This document shows positions 38,977 to 51,518 of a DNA stretch of 64,000 nucleotides, one piece after another (the first letter of the stretch is position 1; each line of letters starts with the position of its first letter). The DNA is from Amoebophrya sp. A120. Lineage: Eukaryota; Protista; Dinoflagellata. The DNA lies in NCBI GenBank assembly GCA_905178155.1, contig CAJINV010000011.1, positions 1,571,216 through 1,635,215 of the forward strand, given 5' to 3'. The notes beneath the pieces are model-generated. The model made no database searches, had not been told where the DNA came from, and saw only the letters and a program-made list of their open reading frames with translations. A program made the position numbers and the translations under genes.

Positions 38977-39952
38977 TCTGTGCATCTGGATTGCTATGTC
39001 CCGCTGCATACCTGTATTCACCCCGGGTGAGGCTCCTAAAGTCCCAAATTTTATGTCATCATCTGTGACTTTTTTGATTTTCCAATGGTGTTTTTCACGT
39101 TTCCACTTTCCATATCACCGCACCTTCTATCTGTGTTGTTCTTCCGGTCCTGAGTGTCCTGTATCTTTTTCCAGAGAGACGAGAGAATGAGACTTCTCTG
39201 CTGCTCCCCAGTTTCGGTGCTCTACGTAGATCTCATGTGTTTTTATATGCTATTGTTTTCGATCCCCATATGTCGATCCTCATTACTCATCCTCGTCATA
39301 GATCCTATTCTGACCTGTGCATTATGTTTCATCTCGGTCTTATCTCAATTTCTCATGCTGTTCTCATGATTTCGTTTTATCGCGAGTAGTACGATATGAT
39401 ATTCGTTAATCGTATGAGCTTGACTTTCGTTTTTGACATTGCCTCGTGATCTTGCTCGTCGGGCTTTTTTGTATTCGTTTTTTCGATTTCGAATTCGCTC
39501 TCTATTTCTACGCTCGACCTATATCGTTTTTTCGTCTATCGATATCGATCTCGTTTTTCGAGTACGTCTTCGTTTTGAACTCGGTTTTCTTTCTTCTTCC
39601 TGTTTTCATTTTCGTCCTCCGCTTCCTTTCTCCTATGCACGTTGTTGTTGTGTTTCCGTAGCAGGTGAACCGGTACCCCTGTCCTCTTCGGAAATCTTTG
39701 ACACTTCAACAAGCGAGCACTCCCAGATTTTGTTCTCATCCTAGTTGCTTCAAAGGGCAACGAGACAAAGTTCGGTGAGACGGCAGGGGCTGCAGTGCAT
39801 ACTTTTTCCCATCGGTTTATCGGTCCAACGTAAAATCGGTTTTTCTTTTTTTCATGCATGAGTGAGAGCGAGACGTTCTTCCGATACTCATCTCAAAGTC
39901 TAACCAGTTTCTGTTTTCGTGCAAAATTCTTTGCATGCAAATCAAAAAAAGA
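37370..39952 (+). mobile_element. Penelope-like retroelement (RT only, probably 5'-truncated) with 19-bp flanking duplication
   Basis: ttttatttgcacttgtagt at 37351-37369 and 39953-39971; A7 run just before the right copy; T-rich, introner-free interior. Confidence 0.75.
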
Positions 39953-40412
39953 TTTTATTTGCACTTGTAGTTGTAGCGCGTTCCGTTTTCGTAAAATTTT
40001 TGCTATATCTTATTAATCCACTTTAGAAAGCTAATGATTTTTTGGAAAAAGAATAAAAGAGACGAAAGATAATGATAAAGTTAGCTAAAAATGAGGAAAA
40101 TGGGTGATATTGATACTGAAAAAGGATATTGATATTGAATAAGTCGATAACGGGGAATAAATTGTTTGTTTGTAACGGGGAATAAATTGAATCGGATACT
40201 CAAATTGTACTATATAGACAGAAATTCACTTCGCTTGAAAATTTTTTGCTTTTGCTCTACACGGCAATGCTCTCACTGGCTTTCATTTGATCGCATAACT
40301 TTTGCCGACAACCTGCCTTCACATTGTTAGTTAATGTTTTGCACGCCGGTATTGTATTTTGACGGACTCCTGCTCGTCTCGCAGTTGTCTACTAGGCGCG
40401 AAGGAACCATGG

Positions 40413-40487
40413 TGAAGATTCTCACTTTATGATTTTCTTATATAACCCGATGAAGATTCTCACTTTATGATTTTCTTATATAACCCG
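40413..40487. repeat. Tandem duplication, 38-bp period
   Basis: tgaagattctcactttatgattttcttatataacccg x2. Confidence 0.9.
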
Positions 40488-41098
40488 CAACTGGGTACTT
40501 AGTAGCATCAGCATCAGCATTACTATGAATGAGGCACACAACCTTGTAATGCAAAACAGGACCCATTTTCTTGTAGTAAGACCTTGCGCTTAAAGATATT
40601 TATCGCGGTAGGCAAGAATGTAGATTTACTACGTTTTTCGACCCGTCAGTTAACAGCTCTCGAAAGTGTAAACTACAAGAACCTTCAAGAAAAACCGCAC
40701 TGCAAATTGATGTTTTAGAAAGTTTTGAACTTGAAAGAAAAACAAAAAATGTGAAAAAAGAAGAAGAAGAAGGAAAGCGGGACCATCATGCTCTTTTGTT
40801 CACAGGCTCTTGCACGGGCACCCACTCTTGTAGTGGTGAGAGAGTCAAAGACCAAGAAAACCCTCAAGCAAGTTTGTTCTCGACTCCAGGAACAGGATTT
40901 TTTTCGGGGAAATTACGAACATGAGCGTCCAAGGAAAATATCCCTAATGGTGCTTTAATGACTTTGATGAGAGAGGAACAGAACAAAATTCGTTGTGGAG
41001 AGCCAAAAAAGTCGCGCTGAGTGAAAAAGTTGTTTGTTATTTTCCACGACAACGCAGGCCTAGGCTGTTGCTGTCGGCCATAAAGGGAAATTAATTCG

Positions 41099-44000
41099 TT
41101 GAAAAAGAACGTCCATATCACAGATCGCAAACCGCGGCCAGAGTTGGTTATGATTATATCATTCGAGAATTATGTAGTAGCAGTTCTCTATTCGTATATC
41201 ACGCGGCCCAGCACAAACCTCGCACCCCGTGTACCCCTCACTTTCGCCGAAGTAAAAAGTATGTATTCCTCCTTCTTGTCTTATAGTCTTTTCATGTAAC
41301 AGTGCAGTTTTTCCCACCCACCTACCGAACTTCTTTAATTCATTCCTGGCGCCGACAATGACTCGTGGCAGCATGTAGTTGTTTTCGCCATTTTTTGCCT
41401 CCACGAACTACACCCCCAACTGGACCTTTTCTGCTTACAACCCTCGTGATCTATACCATCACCTGATCGCAGATCAGGAAATAAATCTCCATAGCATCTT
41501 CATGTCCCCCCTATCGGCTTCTCAGACACGACCGCCACACCGGTCCCTGTTCCTATGCGTTGCAAGAAAAGTACTATCGCACTGGCATCCATCTCCGCAT
41601 GACAAATCTTATCAAGAAGTATACTATAGAGCAGAAATGAAGTTTGTCATGCTGGAAAAGGTACAGCTACAGCTACGGCCTGATGTTTGTCATGCATGAA
41701 TGCGATTACAACTGCGGTAAGTAGTACTTTTGCAGTGGATATTTCCTTCCCGTCCTCGACTCCGGTGGGGAGCTGGTCGTGACGCTCGAGTTCGTGTATG
41801 GAATTCTCAACTGTTACATTCTCAACTGTTACAAGAAGAATTTGTGATGCAAGAATAAAAACAGTAAAAGGAGGAAGATTGCAGCACCTCCCGCATTATG
41901 AATTTGGCGCAGAGTAGTTTCATGCTGTTGAGCCCTTCGAAAATTTGTCAACATGCGAAGTAGCTTTATCGCGTGGGTGCTGCTGCTGTTTTGCATTTTG
42001 CATTTACAGATTTATGTAACAGCAGCTAAGAATGTAACGCTTGAGAACTCCATATCGTCGACCGAGCTAGTGTGTTTGTCGTCGAACAGCAGTCGAGGAA
42101 TGCGGCGAATGTTAACAAGTCCGATGGTAAACAAAGCTACCCGGGCGGTAACGCACCAGCAGCGCAACAGGACCACGATAGTGCTGGTCAGGCGCCTGGA
42201 GAAGTTGGCAGCACGACGATTGATACAACAGCAGACGGGAGAAGCAACAATGGTTCTGAAGAAGCAGTTCCACCAAACAAGAACCAAGTAGGTAGTGGCG
42301 GTTTTATTAACCACGACAGTAGTACCCCGGAGCAAGAGACATCCCAAATACTACAACAAGCTGCAGATCATGATCCAAACGCAACTTTGTCATCAACCGC
42401 AGGGGAATCAGACGCGTCCCTTTCTGCCTTATTGCTGAAGCAGTTACGAACCTGGAAAAAGTGCTCGCCGACCGTGACAAAAGAAGGGCCGCTGAATGTA
42501 GTGGTCGGGGATAATTATACAACTAGCACAACATCTGATCATGCGAACAAAACCCCACCGAATAAAACCCTTTTCGCTCCTTCCTCCGCAAATTACAGTG
42601 GTGCGTCAACGGGAGGTGCCAGCTCAAGAACGCAGGACATTCGAAAATACGGATTTGCCCCGGCAGCTTCTCTTTACCAGACGCAAAGTTGTACAACTAA
42701 CGCGCAGCAGCATACGGCGAAAATTTTCGCGGATTTTCACGAGTTGAATCCAGGTTTTGACCAGAACAACCTCGAGGACAGTCAGTCGGAGTTTTTCTTC
42801 GATGAGGAAATATGCATTGTAAAAGTATCGTACTAGTATAAATCGCAATACAAATTACCTCAGCATTACAAATTGAATTTGTAATGCGGATTTACCTTAA
42901 CAAGTAGATTTGTAATGCATAATTGCGATTACTGCGATACTTTTGCCCAGGATAGGAACTTCCCGGGGACGATGAACTCACCGCGAGCGACCGGAAATTC
43001 TCGAAAGCAACTACTTCCCAGCAGACCACGCCGCGGAGTAATTTATCTTCTGCTTATTTGTTGAAGAACAATATGAGAGTGCACAACTCCCCCTCCCCCT
43101 CATTTGTATTGCCTGAACAGCAATACAAACACCAACACACATGGAGCCTGTGCATGACAAGTTCACGTGCCTAGTGTAGTACTCTTAGGGCTTCCGGAAT
43201 TTGTCATGCAAACAGTCCCACAGCGCAGCAATTGGATTGGGGATTTGGCATGACAAATGAGGGGGAGGGGGAGCAGTTGTGCACTCTCATAAACAAACCA
43301 GTCCTTCTCGATTTCAACTACGGGCACCATTTGGCTCGCGAAGGTGCATGGGCGAGACGAGCTAGGCGCGAAAAGGCTCGTCGCGGATCGCGGCATGCCC
43401 GGAGCTAATGGCGGGCCTACGCGAGCTGATTAGCGCCGCTAAACAGGCGCGCGGAGTGCATGGCGGTCAAGGTGGGGCTGTCGGAATGCTGAAAAAAGGC
43501 GCCATAGCGCCGCGATTCGGCGAAATTCATTTCGTTTTCGGTTCCCCGACCTGTATCGGCTGTTTTTCTTCATGGAGGACCTCAATCCGGGACCTCTATC
43601 TTGGGACCCCTCGAGAGCTGGTAGCACGACCTGACGCTCGATCCAGATAGAGGCCATCTTGGGCCTCTATTTTCCCCTAAAAAAGACCTCACTTGAATAG
43701 GTGAAACGCAAAATCGAGGTTTGGTTACAACCCCACTGGGTATCTGCTCATAAACTCTAAACTTCAAACATTCCGTTGCACTCTCGTTGCCCCAAAAAAG
43801 CTAGCGCCCCGCTGTTCACAAAATGCGATGACTCGCGAAATGCAGGCGGCGCCCAACATTGTTGCCGAATGAAGCCGGGCGGCTTGTCGAAGAGAAACGA
43901 GGCCCAAAGGCCACCGGCGCGGAGGGTAGCGGAGTCCATTGGTGGTGAGGACGGCATACGCCTCCCGGGCTCTCGCAGATTCCGCGGAAAGGGCCGCAAA

Positions 44001-47000
44001 TATAGCGGAGGGCGCCGGGGATTGCAATAAAGAATCTTCCAACGACGGCCCTGGCTCTTGCCGTGTGTGCGTTGGCGTAGGCATTTGAAAAATGCTAGGT
44101 GCACGGCATTGATAACACAGGGCGCCCGGATAGTCCGGGGCGCCGGCGCCCTTCGATTTTTCTTGCAATATTGTGAGGCCACATCTTGAAGCGCTGCCGC
44201 TGTGCTTAAGACTCTAGCCTTCGCAGGTGGCGCGGCGCCTAGCTCAAGCTGCAAGCATGCGACCGCCCCCTTCCAGCGGGATTGTGGAATCAAACCGGAC
44301 GGCGCTACAACTCCTTACTTTTTTGAGTTTCATGCTTGATGATCATGCCAAGTAATATTATTCTTTCACTTCTTGCATGACAAATACAAAAAAAGTATCT
44401 AGCTCAAGTTGAGACTGACCTAGCTATTTAATTTCATACCTTTTGTGGTAACGATTCCGAAACGCAAGCAAATCATTGAAAATCCTTGACAAAAATGATC
44501 ACATTTTGTTGTAGAATTTGAAGATGCAAAATGAATAATAAGAAATTTTTGAATCGGCTCTGTTTTGAATCGCTCAGTCGCTCCCATAGTCATTCATTGT
44601 TGGAAAACAAACCAGTCTTTCTCGAGTTCAATTACGATGATTGCCCTAGACAGCCAGTCCTTCTCGAGACTGGCTGCCCTAGATTGATAGATCTGCACCG
44701 CCGCCGGCCCGGCGAACCTCGCTCCCTGCCATCGGCCGGGGGCCGGCACAGCACCGCAGAAAGCGAAGCGGCAAGGGGGCCACGGCGCGTGGCAGGCCGG
44801 GATGGGGGGCCCCCCCATAGATACCGCTTTTGGCGTGAACTTCCTAGCTAGGGGGGGTGCGCCGCCTACTGGTTGCGTAGGCTCCATGGCGAGTGGTTTT
44901 TATTTGTTTTCCCGCGGAACGGAGGCGGCCCGCCCTTTGAGGTTGTGCCGCAGATCAATGCAGCCCGCAGGCGCCCGGTGCATTTGGGTAACAAAAAATC
45001 GCGCAAGGCCCCTCCAGTGCGCGGGCCTTTTGCTGGCTCGGGTGGGTCGGTGGCCCGCCTGCGCGGGCCCTCGCGCGCTCTGCTTCGAAAAGGCCCCGCC
45101 CACCAGAACAGGCAAAAGATAGAGAGCGCCCGGCCCCGAACGCTTCGTAATCCTTAACTTAAGGTTTACTCTATCCTGCTTCGTAACCCCATATTGAAAA
45201 ACAAACCAGTCCTCCTCGAGTTCAATTACTCTCCTGATCTGAGGTCTCACTTTTGTCCTTTGGGAACAGTCACCGAGTTGCACTGGTGGACACTACCGAT
45301 CTAACCGACTTTCAAGGCACCTATTCTACAAAAGTCCCATCTGCAATGCGTTTTCTGGCCCTGTGTCGTCCTTCATGCATTGCAGATTGGTACGGAGAGG
45401 ATAATGTCACGCCTCCTCCCTCTCTTCTCCTCCTTCTTTGCTCTCTTCTGTCCTTCATCTGAGGCAGTTTCCAACAAACAATGTACAAAACTTCATGCAT
45501 TTTTCTGCGTGCATTTTGTGTGTTTTGTAGAAGTTCAAAAGATATTTGTAGAAGTTCACTCAAATATATTTGTGACGCACTGCGGTGTAGAATAAAATGT
45601 TATGTCTATATAAGAAAAGAAAGCGAGGGCTCAATAAACTGAATAAACTCTGTTACTTTGTAGGTTCAACAGGTGGAATCTCTGATGTGCGCAAGTCAAA
45701 TAGATACTGTTAAGAAAAGGGATGCATAATCGTGGTTGATCTTTTGCTTCTGCTGCTGGTCGTAGTGCCCTTGATTTGTTGTGCTGTTTTTGTATAGACA
45801 TTTTCAACTCTTGCGCAACATAAATAGTTGCTTGTGTGAAGGAGTTTTGTAGCTTGAGCGAGTTGTCAAAACTTAGCTATACTATTTTAGTCTACCCTGA
45901 AGTCTTCACCCGAACTCTCTTTCCCCGCTTAACACGAACACGAATACGAATACAAGACAAAAAAAAATCAAAGTAAGCTTAGAAGGAAAACAAAAAGCAA
46001 AACCTTAAAAAAACAAAACCTTAACCTTCACCATACGAAAAAGCACTACTTCGCTGCGTGCTTGGTGCGCCCTCGTGCAACAGTTGGCAAAGAAAAAGTA
46101 GGAAATAAGTTGCAAAATGTAGCCGCTAAATGCTCAAAAAACGGAAAAATCGTATAAAGGATCTTCGCTTCTGTATTGTTGAAAAACAAACCAGTCCTCC
46201 TCGAGTTCAATTACGACGACTTGTTGCAAGCGGTGGTTGCAAAAGGGCTTCGGCGGCGCGCCGCGGACTTTCCAATTTCCGACAGATTTGTGAAGGAAAG
46301 TGTCTGCTTGGTAACGGACAACGGGACGGTGTTGAGCGAGAGTGGCGCAGCAGCTTCGAGGATGAAAAGCCTCTCAAATAATAATACTAACGCAGCGACA
46401 ATCAAAGTAGGAGGTCCAGGTCCAACGTCGAGCTCCTCCATCCTCTCCGCATCACCCGCCGTTGTACAACAACCTCGGCCGCAAGGAGCTGCACATCAGA
46501 ACGCGCTTCACGCCTCGCCACAACACACGAGCACGACACGCACCGCTGGCACTGCTACTGCTGCAACTGCCACCACCAGTGTTGCGAGGCGCAGCCGCGA
46601 ATGTTCCCCCGCGCCGGGAACCGGTACTAGCGCGGCACCAAAAGCTCCTCGTTCCTCGCCCCGAGCTGGTGGAGGTGCAATATTCATCGAGGAAAACTGC
46701 AACAAGAATTCTGTTTTTCTCGAGTTTCCGAATTGCGAGTTTCTGAACGTGATAGTCAAGTGGCAGGAGGGTCTTTTCTTCCCGCACATGGTGGCGGACC
46801 TGCACCAGGCGCTCGTCACCGGGACATACCAAGCAAGGCCGGATCTGGTCAGCCGGGTAACCAACATCGCGAACGGGGGTGCGAATAACGCGAACGATTT
46901 GATGGTGGTACAGCATCTGCAGCAGGTCATTGGGATGAACAACAATCCGCCGCAGGGGATGCTCCCAGGTGGGAACAACTTTCATCTGCCGCAGATGTTG

Positions 47001-50000
47001 AACAACCGAGCTGGGAACAACAACAATAACATGCAGGGAGCACCAGGCGGAGGTGCAATTTTCATGATGAACAACAACGAGAACATGCGAAACGCGCGGG
47101 GGCAGGAACTGCAGTTGCCGAACAACAACGCGATCTTGGTCCAGAGACAGATGTACGTTTTACCTAGTTTAGAGGAGTGGGAGGTCGGGTTGTACCAGAC
47201 GGGGGAGGAAGATCTCCTCCGGTTCGGGAAAACTCCCTCGCAGGACCAAGTGTACGGGTTTTCCCAGTTGTTGCAGGTGATCGACCGGGTGAAAGCGGCC
47301 AACTTCGTTTTTCCCGCGCAGATTAACATCATCTTCCACCAACAGGAGCTGCAGCGGATCGGCGGGCTGGGCGCGTTCTTGGCGGAAGTGGCGGTCAGAG
47401 TGGTGCAAAGCTCGAAGTTCACGACGAACTTGCTCCGGGAAGTCTGGACATACCGGGAAATGATCAACCACAGCAGTAGTGCGGGGGCAGGAGCTTCTGT
47501 GGCGATATCTAGTTCGACATCAACAACGGGTAACCAATATGCTCTGCAAAAGTATCGTACTCGTATAAATTGCACTCATGCATGACAAATATCTTTCCCA
47601 ACCTGAATCAGCATTACAAATTCCAGTTTTGTTCTTGGGGCAATTTGTAATGCAATTTATACTAGTGCGATACTTTTGCAATGCATACCCAACAGCAGCT
47701 GAACTTCTTTTCCCCCCCGTCGCGCGGTTCCAGCAAGTCGCCCGCCTCGAAACTGAACCTCAGCACCGGTGGGAACCAGAGCTCCTTCCCCCCGTCTCCG
47801 CTCGTGTCTCCGAGCCGGAAGGAGCAGCTGCTGAAGATGAAAGGGACGAGTGCACTATCCTCCGTGGTTGACGACGATGTTTACGACACCTCGATACATC
47901 AAGACCAGTGGAAGACCGGTTCCAGACTCCGGGCGACAACGGTGGTGCACGAGATTTTGAGGCAGCTCCGGGTGTTCCAGGTGTTTGAGTTGCGTCATGG
48001 TTTGAAAGCCGCGGTGGACGGGGACAAGCTGTCTATCTGCGAACGGTTGCTGAAGAATTTGGCGCTGCGGGGCGATTTGACCCTCGGAATCCGGGAGGAG
48101 ATGTGGCAGAACCAGGGCCTCACCGGGGACGCTTTGTTGGCGCGGAAACAGAAGAAGCTGGGTGGATTTGGGACGTCGTTGCACCAGCCGGGGTTTCTTT
48201 CCCGGTCGGTGAACAGCTCGAGTTTGGACAACAGTTCTTTTCTGTCCCGAGCGTTACTTCCTGCGGGCAGTAATGGTAATGGTGATCAGTTCTCGTCGCA
48301 GCAGGCCCAACTGGTGAGGCAGACCGGAAATAACTACCCCGGAGGTGGAGGTGGTCCGAATAATTACACGGATGAATTAAGCAGTTCCGGCTGGGCCTCC
48401 TACGGCGGCCGACAGCTTCCGCCCCTCAGCAGCATGCGCAGCAACCACAGCGACACTAGCAACGGTGCGGACTGTGCGTCCTCGGTTTTAGGAGGTGGAA
48501 GTGGGGGACTGAATAATTACAACAACGCTGGCGCGGGAGGCGGAGTATGCATTGCAAAAGTATCGTACTCGTACTAATCGCAGTCATGCATTAGAAATTT
48601 CTTTGTCAAGTGAAATCCCCATTACAAATTTTATTTCCCATGCTGAGGAAATGGAAATCTGTCATGCGATTTCTACTAGTACGATGCTTTTGCATTTCAT
48701 ACGGAGCAAACGGCTACAACTACCGCGGTGGCACAGCGAGCGTAGAGAGTCTTCCGGAGACGGAAGTTCATATAGATCAGCGGAGTAACGTCAGCAATCC
48801 AGGAGCAGTTGGGCAACATCAACTCTATACCCAGTTTCCCTTCAGTCCGGTTCCAGAGGGGGAGTTGAGCAGCCGGTTTGTGAAGAGTCCAAGTCGTGGT
48901 CAACAGCTTCATCAGCAACAGGTGGAGCAGCAGCTGAGCGAGGGGTCGTCGGTGGAAGAAGAACTTTGGTGCCTCTACAAGCACCTGATGTCCAACCGGC
49001 TAGAATACAGCTGGATCAGCCTCCGGTGGACGTGTCTGAAGTTGATTCTGACCCTGGGCGGGGCGGGCCGGAGCAGGAACGTGGGAGTGTTGTACGACCA
49101 CGACGATATTGAGGACTTTGCTTCGTCGTCCGATGAGGAAAGCGGAGATGATGTTGAGGCTGATCTTCATTCTGATACAAATTCATCGTCGTCGTCTTCA
49201 TCCGCAGAAGGATGTGGGGACAACGTGAAGAACATCAAGAACTCCTCCAGCTCAAGCTCCAGCAGTTGCGGCGAAGCAAAACTTGACAGAAAAAATCTCC
49301 TCCAGCAGCCGGAGCATCATCAAGACACGACGACACAACGAAACCTCCACGCAGATGTTGTTGAAAACAGCGAAATCTTCACAAAGATGAATCAGGTTGG
49401 TCGTACTGGCACAGAACACGCAAATTGTGTCGAAGCTGCGGGAACGGGCGCAATAACGATGATGACCCAAAAGCAGCAGGAGAAGTATGAGCAGAGCGTG
49501 CATACTGGACTGATCCAAAGCACACCCCCTGCGAAACAACGACAATCTACAGCGGTCATTGCATCAGCAATAGCGCAGGTAGTCACGCGCGACCGCGCCC
49601 GCAGTAAACAAGTGACAGAACAAATGGGCGGCAGTGATGCTGCTGAACAGCAAGCCAGTCGCAATGCCCCCGGATCCGGAGCAAAGGCAGCGAATAAATC
49701 TTCCAAGTCGAAACGTGCCCCTGACAGCAAGGGAGCAAAAACATCAAATAACCCACGCCGGTCCTTTGGCAAACCGAAGCTCCGCCTGACCCTGGCGGAG
49801 AAGCGGCTGCAGAAAGTTTTTCTACGACGGATCCGCAGCTTCGTGGCAAGGAGGTTCCAGGACTTGGAACGCTTTTCCCGCTGGAGTGAAAAGAAGTTGC
49901 AGGACTACGACCCCTGGAACAAGGATTCCGCCTACCTGTACCCAGATGACTACGACCAGTATCGTTTTCTGTACACGTCTATGCACTGCAAAAGCATCGT

Positions 50001-51518
50001 ACTCGTAGTAATTGCAGCATATGGATATGCATTACAAATCTAGGTTGTTGAGGTAAATCCGCATTACAAATTTAATTTGTATATGCTGATTGCAATTTAT
50101 ACTAGTAGTAGTACGATGCTTTTGCAGTTCATAACGTCGGAAATGCACCGCCGGCACCTGGACCGGAAGCGGAAAGCGGAAAAGCAGCTGGAAGAAAAAG
50201 TGTTGCAGCTGACCGCAGCCGCGCAGGAGAGGGCAGGGCAACTAGAGCAGCAGCAAAACGCGTTAGAGATGTTGAACAAAGACAAAGACAAGGACCTGCC
50301 CCGCCGCCCGCAGGTGACGGCTGGCGGAACCAGGAGCATTTTGCCATTTGAAGAGGAAGAAGAGACGGTGATTCCAATAGTCGAAGACGGTAATTTTTCA
50401 GGAGTACACGGGGGTCGGTATGCAACAGAACACGACAGAACAAAGACCCCGGCGACGGTCCTCGCCGCCGTCGCAGGTTCTACACATGGAGTGAACTTCG
50501 ATTCTGCGTCTGCCACTGCGGCCGCGTTGTCGTTTGGAGAAAATGGTGGGCCAGCACCAGCTGCCAGCGAAATAAGCGGGTTAGTAGAGCAGGGTGGAAA
50601 TGACCACGGCTGCTCGGTCAACGTAGTGAACAACAACCCGGATCATGACGATGAACTCTTGGCTCAGCAGGTGAAGACCAAACGGCGAAAAGAAGAGTGT
50701 CAGCAGATGATTACCTCTATTAAATGCAAAAATGTCTGGGTCTGGAAATTTCTGATGCTAAAATGTGCATGATGAAAACACTTCCTTATGCAGGAAAGCA
50801 TGACAAGTTTGGAGGACGGTTTTTTATTCGCAATCAGCATGAGAGGCTGCGTAAGCGTATGCGTGTTTGATGTATGAAAAGAGAGGGTGCGACTCCTCTT
50901 GTTAGTCATGCAACACAGATTTCATAGGAATGATGTAAGACCAGCAATACAAGTTCCAACCTTCCAGACCCAGACATTTTTGCAGTTCATAACCTCTATC
51001 CATGAAACCTTTCGTCGCGACATCGTGGGCATCGCAGCCGAGTTGCTGTATCAAACAAAAAAAGTTCGTCACGTCGATCACTCATGCGCATTTTTGCAAT
51101 AAGTACAAAATTGGCTGTCATGCGTAAAAATGCATGACAGCCAAGCTTCATAGGGGATTTCCCTAGTGTTTCTGCAATACAAGGAAAACTTGTGATGCTA
51201 AAAAAATTTGTAATGCAAAACCTGCAAGTTAGTGACTGTGACAAACTTTTTTCTTTCCATATGCTGGCCAACACGATTAGTAACAACTTAGTCGACCAGG
51301 TCTTTGTGGAGGAGATTGAAACCAGTCTGTCACCCACTATCCAGGAAAACACCCATCCACATCCAATTTGTCATGCAAAACATACATAACATCCCGCGTC
51401 TGTCATGCATAAAATGGATGGGGATGGTTTTTTTTTTCTGTGGATACCCACCGAGCCCGTGACACTCAGCGCAATCAAGATTTTCCTGCAGAGCTTCCCC
51501 ACCGCGTTCTCCTCGTGA
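41099..51518 (+). CDS. Very large hypothetical protein; 10 IE introns plus a 2.9-kb repeat-bounded interruption (43.3-46.2 kb); start uncertain
   Basis: ORFs 41379, 42072, 46176, 47681, 48610 and 50077 join in frame. AYLLKNKPVLLDFNY (43056-43321) overlaps LKNKPVLLEFNYDDLLQ (46176 onward). Confidence 0.6.
41554..41741. mobile_element. Introner, family A-like
   Basis: TIR aaaagtacta; DR gttcc/tttcc. Confidence 0.8.
41797..42054. mobile_element. Introner, family G
   Basis: TIR tatgga.ttctcaa..gttacattct; DR tcgtg/tcgtc. Confidence 0.88.
42811..42954. mobile_element. Introner, family A
   Basis: TIR aaaagtatcg; DR ggaaa/ggaac. Confidence 0.88.
43058..46220 (+). repeat. Four copies of a ~36-40-bp coding repeat (LKNKPVLLEFNY) separated by 0.55-1.3-kb unrelated spacers
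   Basis: Copies at 43058-43321 (split by an IE), 44597-44640, 45194-45229, 46176-46220; copies 3 and 4 are identical over 36 bp. Confidence 0.9.
43072..43291. mobile_element. Introner, family D, inserted inside copy 1 of the ~36-bp repeat
   Basis: TIR tatgagagtgcacaact; DR aacaa. Confidence 0.92.
47538..47687. mobile_element. Introner, family A
   Basis: TIR tgcaaaagtatcg.act; DR accaa/cccaa. Confidence 0.9.
48546..48701. mobile_element. Introner, family A
   Basis: TIR tgcaaaag.atcgtact; DR cggag. Confidence 0.9.
49980..50133. mobile_element. Introner, family A
   Basis: TIR actgcaaaagcatcgtact; DR acgtc. Confidence 0.9.
50718..50991. mobile_element. Introner, family B
   Basis: TIR tgcaaaaatgtctgggtctggaa; DR acctc. 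Confidence 0.9.
51049..51261. mobile_element. Introner, singleton family in this window
   Basis: TIR aaaaaagtt.gtcac; DR tgctg. Confidence 0.85.
51338..51446. mobile_element. Introner, family H
   Basis: TIR tatcca..ccatcc.catcca; DR cccac. Confidence 0.88.

Noticed and set aside
38977-40500. Hammerhead ribozyme or pseudo-LTR expected for Penelope-like elements
   Set aside because: No CTGANGA..GAAA core in a suitable stem context and no terminal repeat found by eye.
43058-46220. CRISPR array interpretation of the ~36-bp repeats
   Set aside because: Spacers are 0.55-1.3 kb, the repeat is protein-coding, no cas genes are present, and the context is eukaryotic.
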